Assembly (NCBI GenBank): GCA_022822065.1
Contig: JAJECI010000009.1
Coordinates: 1,340-65,339 of the forward strand
Direction: 5' to 3'
Length of the DNA: 64,000 nucleotides
Source of the DNA: Candidatus Dadabacteria bacterium
Lineage (GTDB): Bacteria; Desulfobacterota_D; UBA1144; Nemesobacterales; Nemesobacteraceae
Position numbers and translations under genes: made by a program. The notes below the pieces were generated by a model. It was not told where the DNA came from. It was given only the letters and a program-made list of their open reading frames with translations, and made no database searches. Every line of letters starts with the position of its first letter. The stretch's first letter is position 1. This document shows positions 21,723 through 31,914 of the stretch, in pieces.

Positions 21723-22388
21723 TTGATAAAAGCAGTCATATTTGACATGGATGGAGTCATAATAGACAGCGAACCCCTGTGGGAGAAAAGCGAGTCTATC
21801 ATGCTCAAGCAAAAGGGGTTCGGGGGCAATGAAAGCTACAGAAAGGAATACAGAAAGAAGATCATGGGGCTTAGCCAGAAAGACTCCGTAAAACTTCTCA
21901 AGGAAACTTTCGGCCTTGATGAGTCCCCGGAGGAAATTCTCCGCACCCGTCTTGAAATCCTTCTAGAACTTTATGAAAAGGAGCTCGAGCTTGCTGACGG
22001 GATCCCCGAACTCCTTAAAACCTTAGGCGGGGAAAAACAGATGAAAACGGCTCTCGCCTCGGGTTCCCCGATGAAAGTGATAGAGTTCGTTCTCGAAAAA
22101 TTCTCTCTTTCGGATGTTTTCAGAATAAAAGTTTCCGGAGACTGCGTCGAAGAAGGAAAACCCCGGCCCGATATATATCTTGAGACCGCTAGGCGTCTTG
22201 AGGTTACCCCCGAAGAATGCGTCGCGATTGAAGATTCCATAAACGGTATAGTGTCGGCCAAAGAGGCCGGTATGCGTTGCATTGCGGTGCCCGACCCGAG
22301 AATAGCCCCGGAAGATTACCCCCAGGCCGATATTTTCAGAAAAAGCGTTTCGGAAATCCGCCTTGAGGACATAAAGAGTTTCTCCTAG
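21723..22388 (+). CDS. HAD-IA family hydrolase
   Basis: TTG start, FDMDGVIIDSEP nucleophile motif, and a GKPRPDIY...IEDS motif III/IV region. Confidence 0.75.
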   Translation: MIKAVIFDMDGVIIDSEPLWEKSESIMLKQKGFGGNESYRKEYRKKIMGLSQKDSVKLLKETFGLDESPEEILRTRLEILLELYEKELELADGIPELLKTLGGEKQMKTALASGSPMKVIEFVLEKFSLSDVFRIKVSGDCVEEGKPRPDIYLETARRLEVTPEECVAIEDSINGIVSAKEAGMRCIAVPDPRIAPEDYPQADIFRKSVSEIRLEDIKSFS

Positions 22389-23377
22389 AAAGGCCTCGGA
22401 CCGGGAGCCATGAATTCGGGGCCTATTGGATTCGGAACAAAAGTGTTGAGTATTGCGTCTATCTCGTTCATTGAATCGTCGTTTATCGTCCACCCGAGAG
22501 TTCCCGCAAGATCATCGAGCTGCCCCGGATGCCTCGCCCCCCAGAGAGTGATATCGTTTTCGCATTTATCAAGAACCCATCTCACGGAAAGTTCAAGCAC
22601 GTTTTTCCCGAAACGCTCGGAGGCAAGTTCCCCCAGCTTTTCGACCGCACCGAGATAATTACCATAGACGGGCCTTTGAAACTTGGGATCAAAATTTCTT
22701 ATGTGATCTCCTGGAAATTCCGAGTCCACTTTTAGCTTCCCGCTCAGAAGTCCCCTGCACAAAGCCCCGTAGAGAAGCATGGTGACCCCCTGCTCTTCAC
22801 ACCAGGGAAGCACGTCATCCTCAATTTCCCTCTCGAAAAGATTGTAAGGAGGCTGACTCGAGTTAAGCGGGCACACGGAACGAAAAACATCCATCTGCTC
22901 AACCGAATAGTTGCTTACTCCAACGGCTCTTACCTTTCCGCTCTCAAGAAGTTCCGCCATGGCTCCCGCCGTTTCCTCAACAGGGACAAGCGGGTCGGGC
23001 CAGTGAATCTGATAAAGGTCTATACGATCGGTGCGAAGTCTCCTGAGAGAATCGTCAACCTCCTTGCGTATTCTCTCAGGAAGAGAATTTCTGAATATTC
23101 CTCCCCTCTCCCACTCAAGCCCCACTTTGGTCGCGATTATCAGTTCATCCCTCATCCCGCTCTGGGAAACCGCCTCCCCCACGACTTCTTCGGAAAGACC
23201 GAAGCCGTAAATAGGAGCGGTGTCAATGAGATTCACCCCATTATCAAACGCCTTGTATATCGTCCTCACGCATTCTTTTCTGTCACTTCCTCCCCAGAGC
23301 CATCCTCCCATCGCCCAGGTTCCAAGACCTATCCTCGACGAATCGATTTCCGTACCGGCAATCTTTACAAATTCCAT
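22385..23377 (-). CDS. Aldo/keto reductase
   Basis: 330 aa with the AKR fold signature (GLGTWAMGG, DTAPIYG, IDLYQIHWPD). Confidence 0.85.
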   Translation of the reverse strand: MEFVKIAGTEIDSSRIGLGTWAMGGWLWGGSDRKECVRTIYKAFDNGVNLIDTAPIYGFGLSEEVVGEAVSQSGMRDELIIATKVGLEWERGGIFRNSLPERIRKEVDDSLRRLRTDRIDLYQIHWPDPLVPVEETAGAMAELLESGKVRAVGVSNYSVEQMDVFRSVCPLNSSQPPYNLFEREIEDDVLPWCEEQGVTMLLYGALCRGLLSGKLKVDSEFPGDHIRNFDPKFQRPVYGNYLGAVEKLGELASERFGKNVLELSVRWVLDKCENDITLWGARHPGQLDDLAGTLGWTINDDSMNEIDAILNTFVPNPIGPEFMAPGPRPF

Positions 23378-25611
23378 TATCTCTTCCTCCCCTTCTTCGT
23401 GGCTCCAGAAGATGAATCTTTTATCTCGCGGGTTACATCCGCCAGCGAAAAAAGAAGGCCCCTTGCCTCGGTGGTCGAGCGGACCCTGTACTTGGCTTTT
23501 GACGGTCCGAAACCAACCTTTATGGAATAAGCGTCTTCGGGGAGTTCCTCAAAAATGTCCTCATCCGTCCAGTCGTCTCCTATTGATATGATAAGGTCCC
23601 ATTTTTTTGCCCTGAGCCACTGGGCAGCCGCCTTGCCCTTGTTTATGAAAGATCCCTTGATTTCCACAACCTTGTTTCCCTCAAGCACGCCGATCTCAAG
23701 ATTCGCCGTTATGTGCGAGAGCATATCCTTAAGTTCCCCCACTCTCACGATTGAGAGCGCCGGATCAACTTTTCTGTAGTGCCACGCCAGGGAAAAATCC
23801 TTCTCCTCGATAAGCGACCCGGGGGTCCTGTCGACGAAAACTTCCAGTATGGGTCTTATTTCTTCCTTCCATCCCTCCGGAGCCATATCGGACATCTTCC
23901 ACTTTCCGCGTCTTATCCAAAGACCGTGTTCGGCCGCAAGGCCATTCGTCACACCCCCAAGCCAGTTGGCAAGAGTCTTTCTGTCTCTGCCGCTTATGAT
24001 GACAAGCTCGTTTTTTCTCCTCGAAGAAAGCACCTCAAGCGCTGAATAAAGTTCCCGATCAGGTTTCGCATCCTGCGGATTATGCCTGAAAGAGACAAGA
24101 GAACCGTCGTAATCAAGCAGAAAAAGACAGTTTTTGCTCGCCCTGTATTTTTCAATCAGTTCGCCTGTCATCTCGGGGCTCAGTCTTCGGGCAAACATCT
24201 TAAGCTGTCTTTCCTTCGTTTCATCAAGCCTCTCCATGAAGTCCGCTGTCCATCTCCTGATATCGTATCTTCTGAGACGGTTCTGCATGGTTTTCATCCG
24301 TCTTTTCTGCTCCGCCTTACCCATGGCAAGAGCGGTCTCAAGCGCCTTGGAAGTAGACTCAAGATCATTGGGGTTTATGATTATGGCCTCGCTCAACTCT
24401 TGGGCGGTTCCCGCCATCTCGCCGAGTATGAGCACGCCTGCCTTGTTCTGTCTCGCGGCTACATACTCCTTGGCAATCAGGTTCATGCCGTCGCGAAGGG
24501 GAGTAATGAAAAGGATGTCCGCGGCTAGGTAAAGGGAAATCAGATCCTCGAAACCGAAAGATCTGTACATGTAGTGAATGGGATTCCAGCCGATCGTTCC
24601 GTAACGGCCGTTTATCGCGCCCACCATGTTGTCGACTTCGTTTTTCAGTATCTTGTAGTGAACCACTTCCGTTCTCGAAGGCACAGCGACAAGCAAAAGG
24701 GCTACCTTATCCCTCATCTTGGGGTTTTTCTCAAGAAAAAGATCAAAGGCCCTGAGTCTCTCCGGTATTCCCTTTGAGTAATCGAGACGGTCTATGGAAA
24801 GAATAATCTTCCGGTCAGTTCCTAAAAGATCTCTGAACTCGTCTTTTTTTCTTTGAATGCCTCGATTCTTTGCCGCGGAGGAAAATCTTTGGTAATCGAT
24901 TCCCATGGGAAAAGTGTCGGTTCTTATCTCTCTCTCCCCGATTATAAACCGCCCCAGGGAATGCTCGTGTCCTAGTATCCTTCTTACGCTTTCTGCAAAA
25001 TGCCTTACGTAGTCAAAAGTGTGAAAACCTATAAGATCAGCCCCGGTAAGCCCCTGTATTATTTCCCGGCACCAGGGGATAAGCCTGAAAATTTCAGAAG
25101 ACGGAAAAGGTATGTGCAGAAAGAAACCTATGCTTGATTTGGGCAGCTGTTTTTTTACAAGCTCTGGGACAAGCATCAGATGATAATCATGAACCCAGAT
25201 GTAATCCCCTTCGCTGGCCACGTCCAGTATGGCACTGGCAAACTTGCTGTTCACGCTGATGTATGATTCCCAGAATTCTTTTTTATAGGTTCCGTACTGG
25301 ACAAAATAATGGAAGATGGGCCATATCACCTCGTTGCAGAAACCCTGGTAATAGTCTTTTACCTCTTCGGCGCTTAGACCCACGGGATAGAAATTTTCCT
25401 CTGCGAGCCGCCGTTCCATTTCCGAAACCTGCTTCCCGGACAGATTTCCGTAATCTATCCCAGGCCATCCTATCCAGCATTTTTCATAATCGGTATCAAG
25501 GGAACTGAGCCCCGTAGCCACACCTCCGACGCTCGGCTCAAAAGAAAGCTTTCCGTTTTCCTCCCGCACTGTCGTCGGCAATCTGTTGGATACGATTATG
25601 AGTTTTTTCAT
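23377..25611 (-). CDS. otsA: Bifunctional trehalose-6-phosphate synthase / phosphatase (OtsA-OtsB fusion)
   Basis: 744 aa. The N-terminal GT20 domain is recognised from SNRLP..., the HDYHL motif and the GMNLIAKEY motif. The C-terminal HAD phosphatase domain has LFLLDYDGSL and GDDWTDEDIF. Confidence 0.88.
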   Translation of the reverse strand: MKKLIIVSNRLPTTVREENGKLSFEPSVGGVATGLSSLDTDYEKCWIGWPGIDYGNLSGKQVSEMERRLAEENFYPVGLSAEEVKDYYQGFCNEVIWPIFHYFVQYGTYKKEFWESYISVNSKFASAILDVASEGDYIWVHDYHLMLVPELVKKQLPKSSIGFFLHIPFPSSEIFRLIPWCREIIQGLTGADLIGFHTFDYVRHFAESVRRILGHEHSLGRFIIGEREIRTDTFPMGIDYQRFSSAAKNRGIQRKKDEFRDLLGTDRKIILSIDRLDYSKGIPERLRAFDLFLEKNPKMRDKVALLLVAVPSRTEVVHYKILKNEVDNMVGAINGRYGTIGWNPIHYMYRSFGFEDLISLYLAADILFITPLRDGMNLIAKEYVAARQNKAGVLILGEMAGTAQELSEAIIINPNDLESTSKALETALAMGKAEQKRRMKTMQNRLRRYDIRRWTADFMERLDETKERQLKMFARRLSPEMTGELIEKYRASKNCLFLLDYDGSLVSFRHNPQDAKPDRELYSALEVLSSRRKNELVIISGRDRKTLANWLGGVTNGLAAEHGLWIRRGKWKMSDMAPEGWKEEIRPILEVFVDRTPGSLIEEKDFSLAWHYRKVDPALSIVRVGELKDMLSHITANLEIGVLEGNKVVEIKGSFINKGKAAAQWLRAKKWDLIISIGDDWTDEDIFEELPEDAYSIKVGFGPSKAKYRVRSTTEARGLLFSLADVTREIKDSSSGATKKGRKR

Positions 25612-25693
25612 GAAAACCTATTATAATAAACGGGGCAGTTGCAGGAATAATAACCAAAAGAAAACTTAAGGCTAGAAAGAACGGGAGCTCCGT

Positions 25694-26257
25694 ATGAAAA
25701 TATCAAACGCCGCCTCGAAAATCCTTATCGTCCTCATCATAGCCCTGCTTGCATACACACTCTGGAGCGGGCTTTCGGGGAAGGGAGGAGTTGAAACCCC
25801 CTCGCAGCTTGTGGGAAGACCCGCACCCGAGTTCGCGCTGAAATCATTTGACGGCGACGAGGTAAAACTTTCTGATTTTCGGGGAAAGACACTGCTTGTG
25901 AATTTCTGGGCATCCTGGTGCCATCCCTGCAGAGAGGAGGCCCCTGCGCTTGAGAAAACCTACATGTCTCTTTCAGGCAGACAGGTCGAATTCATAGGAA
26001 TAAACATAATGGATGACCGAAAAAGCGCCGAGGAATACATAAAATCGTTCGGGGGAACCTTCGTCAACATTTATGATCCCGAAAACAGGGTACACCTGGA
26101 TTACGGAGTGGGAGGAGTCCCAGAGACCTTCTTCGTAAATCCCGAGGGAATCATAACCGGCAAGCACAGAGGTCCGCTTACCGAAAAAATGATCATGAGC
26201 TATATAGAGAAAGCTACTCTTTACAACGGGCAGAGCCCGGGGATTGAAAACCAATGA
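25694..26257 (+). CDS. ccmG: Thiol:disulfide interchange protein CcmG/DsbE (membrane-anchored thioredoxin-like)
   Basis: N-terminal TM anchor, active site WASWCHPC, and the CcmG-type GVGGVPETFFV motif. It overlaps ccmH by 4 nt. Confidence 0.75.
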   Translation: MKISNAASKILIVLIIALLAYTLWSGLSGKGGVETPSQLVGRPAPEFALKSFDGDEVKLSDFRGKTLLVNFWASWCHPCREEAPALEKTYMSLSGRQVEFIGINIMDDRKSAEEYIKSFGGTFVNIYDPENRVHLDYGVGGVPETFFVNPEGIITGKHRGPLTEKMIMSYIEKATLYNGQSPGIENQ

Positions 26258-26652
26258 ACCGTTTTTTTCATAAGATCCTGAGTGGGGGGCTTGTTTTATC
26301 CCTAGCCCTTCTTATCGCCTTTCAAGTGAACGCGGACACACTTGAAGACCAGATTGCCGACATCTCGGGAGAACTCATGTGTCCCGTGTGCGAGGGACAG
26401 AGTGTCGCGGAGTCAAACGCACAACTTGCCCGGGATATGAGGGCCATCGTAAAAACAAAACTGCTTGAAGGGCATTCAAAGGAAGAGATAATAGATTACT
26501 TTGTCTCAAGTTACGGAGAAACTATTCTCGCATCCCCCCCGCCCAGAGGATTCAGCGCCATACTATGGCTTCTACCCGTACTTTCCGTACTAATCGGTGC
26601 GGCGATAATCCTGAGAACCATTCGCTCATACAGGGTTGAGGAAAAAAAATAG
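26254..26652 (+). CDS. ccmH: Cytochrome c-type biogenesis protein CcmH
   Basis: Signal peptide, the LMCPVCEGQSVAESNAQLARDMR motif (CcmH LRCxxCxxQS...S signature) and a C-terminal TM helix. Confidence 0.8.
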   Translation: MNRFFHKILSGGLVLSLALLIAFQVNADTLEDQIADISGELMCPVCEGQSVAESNAQLARDMRAIVKTKLLEGHSKEEIIDYFVSSYGETILASPPPRGFSAILWLLPVLSVLIGAAIILRTIRSYRVEEKK

Positions 26653-26664
26653 CCGGAAGGCCAA

Positions 26665-27597
26665 TCAGCCGAGAAACCCGCTACACTCCTCAAGTATCGG
26701 CTCATCTCCGTCTACGGGATCAAACCATCTTATGCCGTCATCCGCGCGAAGCCAGGTGGACTGTCTTTTGGAAAACCTTTTCGTGTCCGTCTTTATTTTT
26801 TCAACCGCCGTCTCAAAATCAAGCCGACCCTCCAGGAATTCGTTTATCCGCTTGTAGCCTATGGACTTCATGGGTTTTAAGTGCGGTCCGTATCCCTTGG
26901 CCCTTATAGCTTTTACTTCTTCGACCCAGCCGCGATCAATCATCGCGTCAACCCTTTCGTCTATAGCGCGGCGAAGGTGCTCCCGTTCCCCGTGGAGGCC
27001 TATCTTAAGGGCGTTAAACCTCTGTTCCGCAAAACCGTGGCGCCGGTGATGATCCGACATGCGCTCGCCCGTAGTGTGATATACCTCAAGCGCCCGCTCA
27101 ATTCTTACGTAATCGTTCGGATTTATCCGTCCTGCGGATACCGGGTCTATAGATTCAAGCCTTTTGTGAAGCGACGCCGCTCCCTCCGCGTCCCTCTCTC
27201 TAGCGAGGCTATCTCTGAACTCCCGATCAACCTCGACACCTTCGAGAAGTCCGTAAAGAAGAGCCTTTACGTAAAGGAAAGTTCCCCCGACTACAACTAT
27301 TTTCCTGCCGTCCCCGACAAGTCTGCTGATCTGGTCAAGGGCAAGCCTCATGTACGTGCCGGCGTTAAAATCCTCATCGGGATCCGCGACGTCTATTAAG
27401 AAATGTGGGATTTCCTGTCTTTGCTCCCGGGTGGGCTTGGCGCTTCCTATATCGAAATGCCTGTAGACCTGAACGGAATCGGCGCTTATTATGCAAGCGC
27501 CGGTTCTACGGGCTATTTCAAGCGCCATTTGGGTCTTGCCCGAAGCCGTCGGCCCCAAAACAACGACCAGCTTCGGTTTTTCCCGGGAAAGACTCAA
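26665..27597 (-). CDS. miaA: tRNA dimethylallyltransferase
   Basis: P-loop GPTASGKT, the DSVQVYR motif and the HHLID-like FLIDV segment. Confidence 0.9.
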   Translation of the reverse strand: MSLSREKPKLVVVLGPTASGKTQMALEIARRTGACIISADSVQVYRHFDIGSAKPTREQRQEIPHFLIDVADPDEDFNAGTYMRLALDQISRLVGDGRKIVVVGGTFLYVKALLYGLLEGVEVDREFRDSLARERDAEGAASLHKRLESIDPVSAGRINPNDYVRIERALEVYHTTGERMSDHHRRHGFAEQRFNALKIGLHGEREHLRRAIDERVDAMIDRGWVEEVKAIRAKGYGPHLKPMKSIGYKRINEFLEGRLDFETAVEKIKTDTKRFSKRQSTWLRADDGIRWFDPVDGDEPILEECSGFLG

Positions 27598-27606
27598 CTG
27601 TGCGGG

Positions 27607-29715
27607 TTAGTCGGAAATTCTGTAATCTTCTATATTTTGGTCAAGCACGGCTTTTCTGCTGAGCCTCACCCTGCCGTCACGCGCAACTTCGAGACACTTT
27701 ACGAGGACCTCGTCCTTTTCGTTCAGGATATCGGTTACCTTTTCAACCCTGCGGTTTTCAAGTTCCGAGATGTGCAGAAGCCCGTCTTTTCCCGGACCAA
27801 GCTCGACTATCGCTCCGAAATCGAGAATGCGCTTAACCACGCCGACATACAGCTTGCCGGCGACTATATCCTCAACAATTCTTTTTATGATGCTCTCGGC
27901 CTTCTTGCAGGCTTCGTAGTCGGGGGAGAAAATCTTCACCAGACCGTCATCCTGTATGTCTATCTGCGCTCCCGTATCCTCGACTATCTTCTTTATCGTC
28001 TTGCCGCCGGAACCTATAACAACCTTGACCTTATCGGGCTTTACCTGGATCGTAAGGATTCTCGGAGCGTATTCGGAAAGCTCTTCCTTGGGTCCGCTTA
28101 TTGTCTCTTCCATCTTCCCGAGAATATGCATTCTCCCATCTTTTGCCTGGGCAAGAGCGGTTGTAAGAATAGATTCATTTATGCCGGTTATCTTGATATC
28201 CATCTGCAGGGCAGTGATGCCGCTTTGGGTGCCGGCCACCTTGAAATCCATGTCCCCGAGATGGTCTTCATCACCAAGAATATCAGAGAGAACGACGAAA
28301 TTGTCCCCTTCTTTTATAAGTCCCATGGCTATGCCGGCCACGGAAGCGCTTATAGGCACGCCCGCGTCCATAAGAGACATGGAGGAACCGCACACAGTCG
28401 CCATTGAAGAAGAACCGTTTGACTCAAGGATCTCGGAAACGATCCTTATAGTGTAGGGAAAGTCCTCTTTATCCGGCAATACGGGCTTTATCGCCCGGGC
28501 GGCAAGCGCGCCGTGCCCTATTTCCCTTCTGCCGGGACCCAGACGGAAGCTGGTTTCTCCGACGGAGTAAGGAGGGAAATTGTAATGGAGCATAAAACTT
28601 CTTGTCTCGTCGCCTTCAAGCGCGTCTATCCTCTGCTCGTCGTATGAGCTTCCCAGAGTCGAAACGACTATGGCCTGGGTTTCCCCGCGGGTAAAGAGCG
28701 CCGAACCGTGGGTTCTCTCCAGAAGTCCTACTTCGCCCGTTATGGGCCTTACAGTCGTATAGTCCCTCCCATCGGGTCTTGTGCCCTCGACTATCTTGCT
28801 TCTTACAGAATCTTTGATTGCCTCATCAAACGCCTTGTCAATCTTGGATTTATCTTCCGGGCGTTGCTCAACCAGTTCTTTTACCGTTTCTTCATAAGCC
28901 TGTTTTATGAGTTCCTTTCGGCCACCTTTTGAGTCAGCCACTATCCCCTGCTCAAGAGAAGGAAGCACAGATGAACGGACTTCGTCCTCAAGCGCATCAT
29001 CCGTTTCCGTAGCGGGAACCTCTCTTTTTTCTTTCCCGATTCCTTCAACAAAACGGTTCTCGAAAGAAACGATCTCCTTGATTCCTTCATGGGCAAACAT
29101 AAGGGCTTCAACCACCTCGGCCTCGCTTACTTCCTTCGCCCCGCCCTCAACCATTACGATAGCCTCTTCGGTGCCCGCGACAGTTATCTCCATGGTGCTG
29201 GTTTCAAGCTGCTCCGGGGTGGGATTTGCAACAAGCTCGCCGTCGACTTTTCCGACGGTAAGAGCCGCTATGGGTCCGGCAAACGGAATATCCGAGACCA
29301 TAAGCGCCGCTGAAGACGCTATTACCGACAGAACGTCCGTGGCATTTTCGCCGTCAGCGGAAATAACCGTGATTATTACCTGGGTGGGGTAAGAAAAGTC
29401 CTTGGGTATAAGTGGCCTTACGGGTCTGTCAATAAGCCTTGACGTGAGAATTTCCTTTTCGCTGGGTCGCCCTTCCCTCTTGAAATAGCCTCCGGGGATT
29501 TTCCCGGCCGCGTAAGATTTCTCCTGATAGTTAACCGTAAGCGGCAAAAAATCATCTTCTATCTTTTCTTCCGAGGCAACGACCGTGGCAAGCACGGTAG
29601 TTCCTCCGCAGGAAGCGAGCACCGCCCCGTTTGCCTGTTTGGCAAGCCTTCCTGTCTCAAGGCGCAGCTTGTTTCCAAACAGCTCCGCTTCCATTTCTCT
29701 TGTTTGTTCAGTCAA
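27607..29715 (-). CDS. pnp: Polyribonucleotide nucleotidyltransferase (PNPase)
   Basis: 702 aa with two RNase PH domains followed by KH and S1 (GKLYVGVVKRILDFGAIVEL) domains. It lies downstream of rpsO as in most bacteria. Confidence 0.95.
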   Translation of the reverse strand: MTEQTREMEAELFGNKLRLETGRLAKQANGAVLASCGGTTVLATVVASEEKIEDDFLPLTVNYQEKSYAAGKIPGGYFKREGRPSEKEILTSRLIDRPVRPLIPKDFSYPTQVIITVISADGENATDVLSVIASSAALMVSDIPFAGPIAALTVGKVDGELVANPTPEQLETSTMEITVAGTEEAIVMVEGGAKEVSEAEVVEALMFAHEGIKEIVSFENRFVEGIGKEKREVPATETDDALEDEVRSSVLPSLEQGIVADSKGGRKELIKQAYEETVKELVEQRPEDKSKIDKAFDEAIKDSVRSKIVEGTRPDGRDYTTVRPITGEVGLLERTHGSALFTRGETQAIVVSTLGSSYDEQRIDALEGDETRSFMLHYNFPPYSVGETSFRLGPGRREIGHGALAARAIKPVLPDKEDFPYTIRIVSEILESNGSSSMATVCGSSMSLMDAGVPISASVAGIAMGLIKEGDNFVVLSDILGDEDHLGDMDFKVAGTQSGITALQMDIKITGINESILTTALAQAKDGRMHILGKMEETISGPKEELSEYAPRILTIQVKPDKVKVVIGSGGKTIKKIVEDTGAQIDIQDDGLVKIFSPDYEACKKAESIIKRIVEDIVAGKLYVGVVKRILDFGAIVELGPGKDGLLHISELENRRVEKVTDILNEKDEVLVKCLEVARDGRVRLSRKAVLDQNIEDYRISD

Positions 29716-29741
29716 TTCATTTCCTCCAAAACATCACTTCT

Positions 29742-30011
29742 TTATCTTCTTAGCCCAAGGGTCTCAATCAGCTTACCGTACTCATCCGGTCTTACCCTCT
29801 TTACGTAATTGAGCAGTTTTCTTCTCTTGGCGACCATTGAAACCAGTCCTTTCCTTGAGTGGTTGTCCTTGGGAGCTCTTTCCACATGCTCGGACAGTTC
29901 CTTTATCTTTCCGTTCAGAATCCCTATCTGAACCTCGGCCGAACCCACGTCGTTCTCATGTTTCTGAAACTCGCTTATGATTCGCGCCTTATCTTCCTTT
30001 TGCAAAGACAT
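29742..30011 (-). CDS. rpsO: 30S ribosomal protein S15
   Basis: 89 aa, MSLQKEDKARIISEFQKHENDVGSAEVQIGILN... Confidence 0.95.
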   Translation of the reverse strand: MSLQKEDKARIISEFQKHENDVGSAEVQIGILNGKIKELSEHVERAPKDNHSRKGLVSMVAKRRKLLNYVKRVRPDEYGKLIETLGLRR

Positions 30012-30040
30012 AAATTACTTCCTCCTAGACCCTTGCCTGA

Positions 30041-30952
30041 TCAGTTAAACACTCTTAAATGCCGAAACACTATATCCTTATCTCCCATATACTCAAATTC
30101 ATCGGAATCGGTTTTCGCTTCACAGATGGAAAGAATCGTCTTTCGGCAAAACACGGTGATTATATCCCTATTTTTGAATTCGGGCAATTCCACGCCCGAA
30201 AGGGCCTCTCGGGAAATAGGGATTCCGTTGCGCACGCTCTCGCACAGATCCTCTTCCAGATGAACCCTGGGATAGCCCCCGAGAACGTCCTCCAGGGGAA
30301 GAACATTGTAATTTCCGGACTCCACATCTTCAATGCTGCTGGCCTCGCTCAGCGTGAAGGGGCCGCTCCTCAGTCTCCTCAACTCGGAAAGATGGGCTCC
30401 GCAGCCGAGCTTCCTTCCTGCATCCGAGGCAATCACTCTTACGTAGGTTCCCCGAGAGCACTTCACGTAAAAAGTCGCCTTGGGGTAGGAGAAATGAAGA
30501 AGTCTTATTTCCTCTATGGTGACTCTCTTCGGTTTCCTTTCAACTTCCTTCCCGGCTCTTGCGAGAGTATAGAGCTTCGTACCCGAAACCTTGGCGGCGG
30601 AATACATCGGGGGAACCTGCATTATCTCACCCGCAAACCCTTCAATGACCTCCCGAACCTCGTCCCTGCCCAGATTTTCCGCATCCACCCGGCCGGTGAC
30701 AGTGCCGGTGCCGTCCATCGTATCGGTTGACACGCCCAAGGTCATCTCGGCCTCGTATTCCTTCACGTCGTCTCCGAGGTAAGGAATGGCTTTCGTCGCC
30801 TGGTTAAAGCACACGGGCAGCACCCCCGTCGCGAACGGATCCAGGGTGCCCGTATGACCCGCCTTTTTCGCCCCCAAGACTTTTTTCACCCTGTTAAGCG
30901 CCTGAGCGGAGGTATACCCCTTGGGCTTATCGAGAATCATGACTCCGTCCAT
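30041..30952 (-). CDS. truB: tRNA pseudouridine(55) synthase
   Basis: LDKPKGYTS and the catalytic-Asp motif GHTGTLDPFATGVL. The start is trimmed to the ATG at 30952, which shares one nucleotide with the nrnA stop (TGATG). Confidence 0.88.
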   Translation of the reverse strand: MDGVMILDKPKGYTSAQALNRVKKVLGAKKAGHTGTLDPFATGVLPVCFNQATKAIPYLGDDVKEYEAEMTLGVSTDTMDGTGTVTGRVDAENLGRDEVREVIEGFAGEIMQVPPMYSAAKVSGTKLYTLARAGKEVERKPKRVTIEEIRLLHFSYPKATFYVKCSRGTYVRVIASDAGRKLGCGAHLSELRRLRSGPFTLSEASSIEDVESGNYNVLPLEDVLGGYPRVHLEEDLCESVRNGIPISREALSGVELPEFKNRDIITVFCRKTILSICEAKTDSDEFEYMGDKDIVFRHLRVFN

Positions 30953-31914
30953 CAAATCACTTCCTGAATCGAACTGCGAAGTATGCGCTTGGCGGTGGCA
31001 AGCGGCGCGGAGATCACACATCCGGCCGCCTTGCGGTGTCCTCCCCCGCCGTACCGCCTGGCGATCTGCGCCACGTCCACGTACTCCTTGGATCTGAGAC
31101 TCACTTTCCAGCCGATGGCGGATTCCTGCCTCAGAAAGACCGCGACCTCAATCCCTTCAATCGACCTCGCCATGCTCACAAGGCCCTCGGTATGCTCCTT
31201 CTCGGTGCCGGTCTGCTGGAACATCTCGCTCGATACGTGAAGAAAGGCGATTTTCCCGGTTACCTCAAGGGTGTTCATCGCCAGGGTTCTGAGCATAACC
31301 TTTCTGAGAGGTTCGTTATCATAAATGAATCTTGAGATCCTCTCGGGGTCGGCTCCGCAGTCGACCAGATCAGCGGCGATCGTGAACGTCTCAGAACAGG
31401 TGTTTGAATACCGGAACGAACCCGTATCCCCGACTATGGTGGCAAAAAGGCACTCCGCAACGTCCGGGCTTATGGGAATCCCGAGCCGTTTTATCATCCT
31501 GTAGAGAATAACTCCGGTAGAAGACGCGTTTTCATCCACAAGGCAGTACTCCGAACCCGCGCTGTTAGTCGCGTGGTGGTCAACAAACGCGAACGTGAAA
31601 CCGTTTTTTGAGATAAAACTCTCAAATTCTCTCCCGGGTCGCAAGACGTCGGCACAGTCAAGGAGCATAACCACGTCCACATCGTTCGTGACGCCATCAA
31701 GAGAATCGGCAATCCCGGAGGATTCGGGAAGAAATCGCAGGTGCTCGGGAACCCCGTCCGCGTTGTACATGATCACATCCTTTCCAAGCTCGCGAAGAAC
31801 AAGCGCCATAACTATGGTCGAACCCAGGGCGTCGCAATCCGGATTCTCGTGGGAGACGACAAGAAAGCTCTGGTTTGCCTTTATGAGGTCAAGGATATTA
31901 TCAAGCTTATCCAT
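30952..31914 (-). CDS. nrnA: DHH-family phosphoesterase (NrnA-like oligoribonuclease / pAp phosphatase)
   Basis: DHH motifs (HENPDCDALGS, FVDHH) and the DHHA1 GGGGHRKAAG motif. Confidence 0.8.
   Translation of the reverse strand: MDKLDNILDLIKANQSFLVVSHENPDCDALGSTIVMALVLRELGKDVIMYNADGVPEHLRFLPESSGIADSLDGVTNDVDVVMLLDCADVLRPGREFESFISKNGFTFAFVDHHATNSAGSEYCLVDENASSTGVILYRMIKRLGIPISPDVAECLFATIVGDTGSFRYSNTCSETFTIAADLVDCGADPERISRFIYDNEPLRKVMLRTLAMNTLEVTGKIAFLHVSSEMFQQTGTEKEHTEGLVSMARSIEGIEVAVFLRQESAIGWKVSLRSKEYVDVAQIARRYGGGGHRKAAGCVISAPLATAKRILRSSIQEVI

Noticed and set aside
15943-21747. Inverted roughly 20-nt similarity between the 5' ends of the two divergent HAD hydrolase genes (15967 minus, 21723 plus), which bracket about 5.8 kb of accessory-looking genes.
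   Set aside because: The similarity is confined to codons for the shared MIKAVIFD.DGV nucleophile motif. The proteins diverge completely afterwards, so this is family-motif conservation rather than a recombination or inversion repeat.
27403-28407. 334-aa plus-strand ORF antisense to pnp and miaA.
   Set aside because: It overlaps two unambiguous conserved genes, its composition is low-complexity, and it has no motifs.
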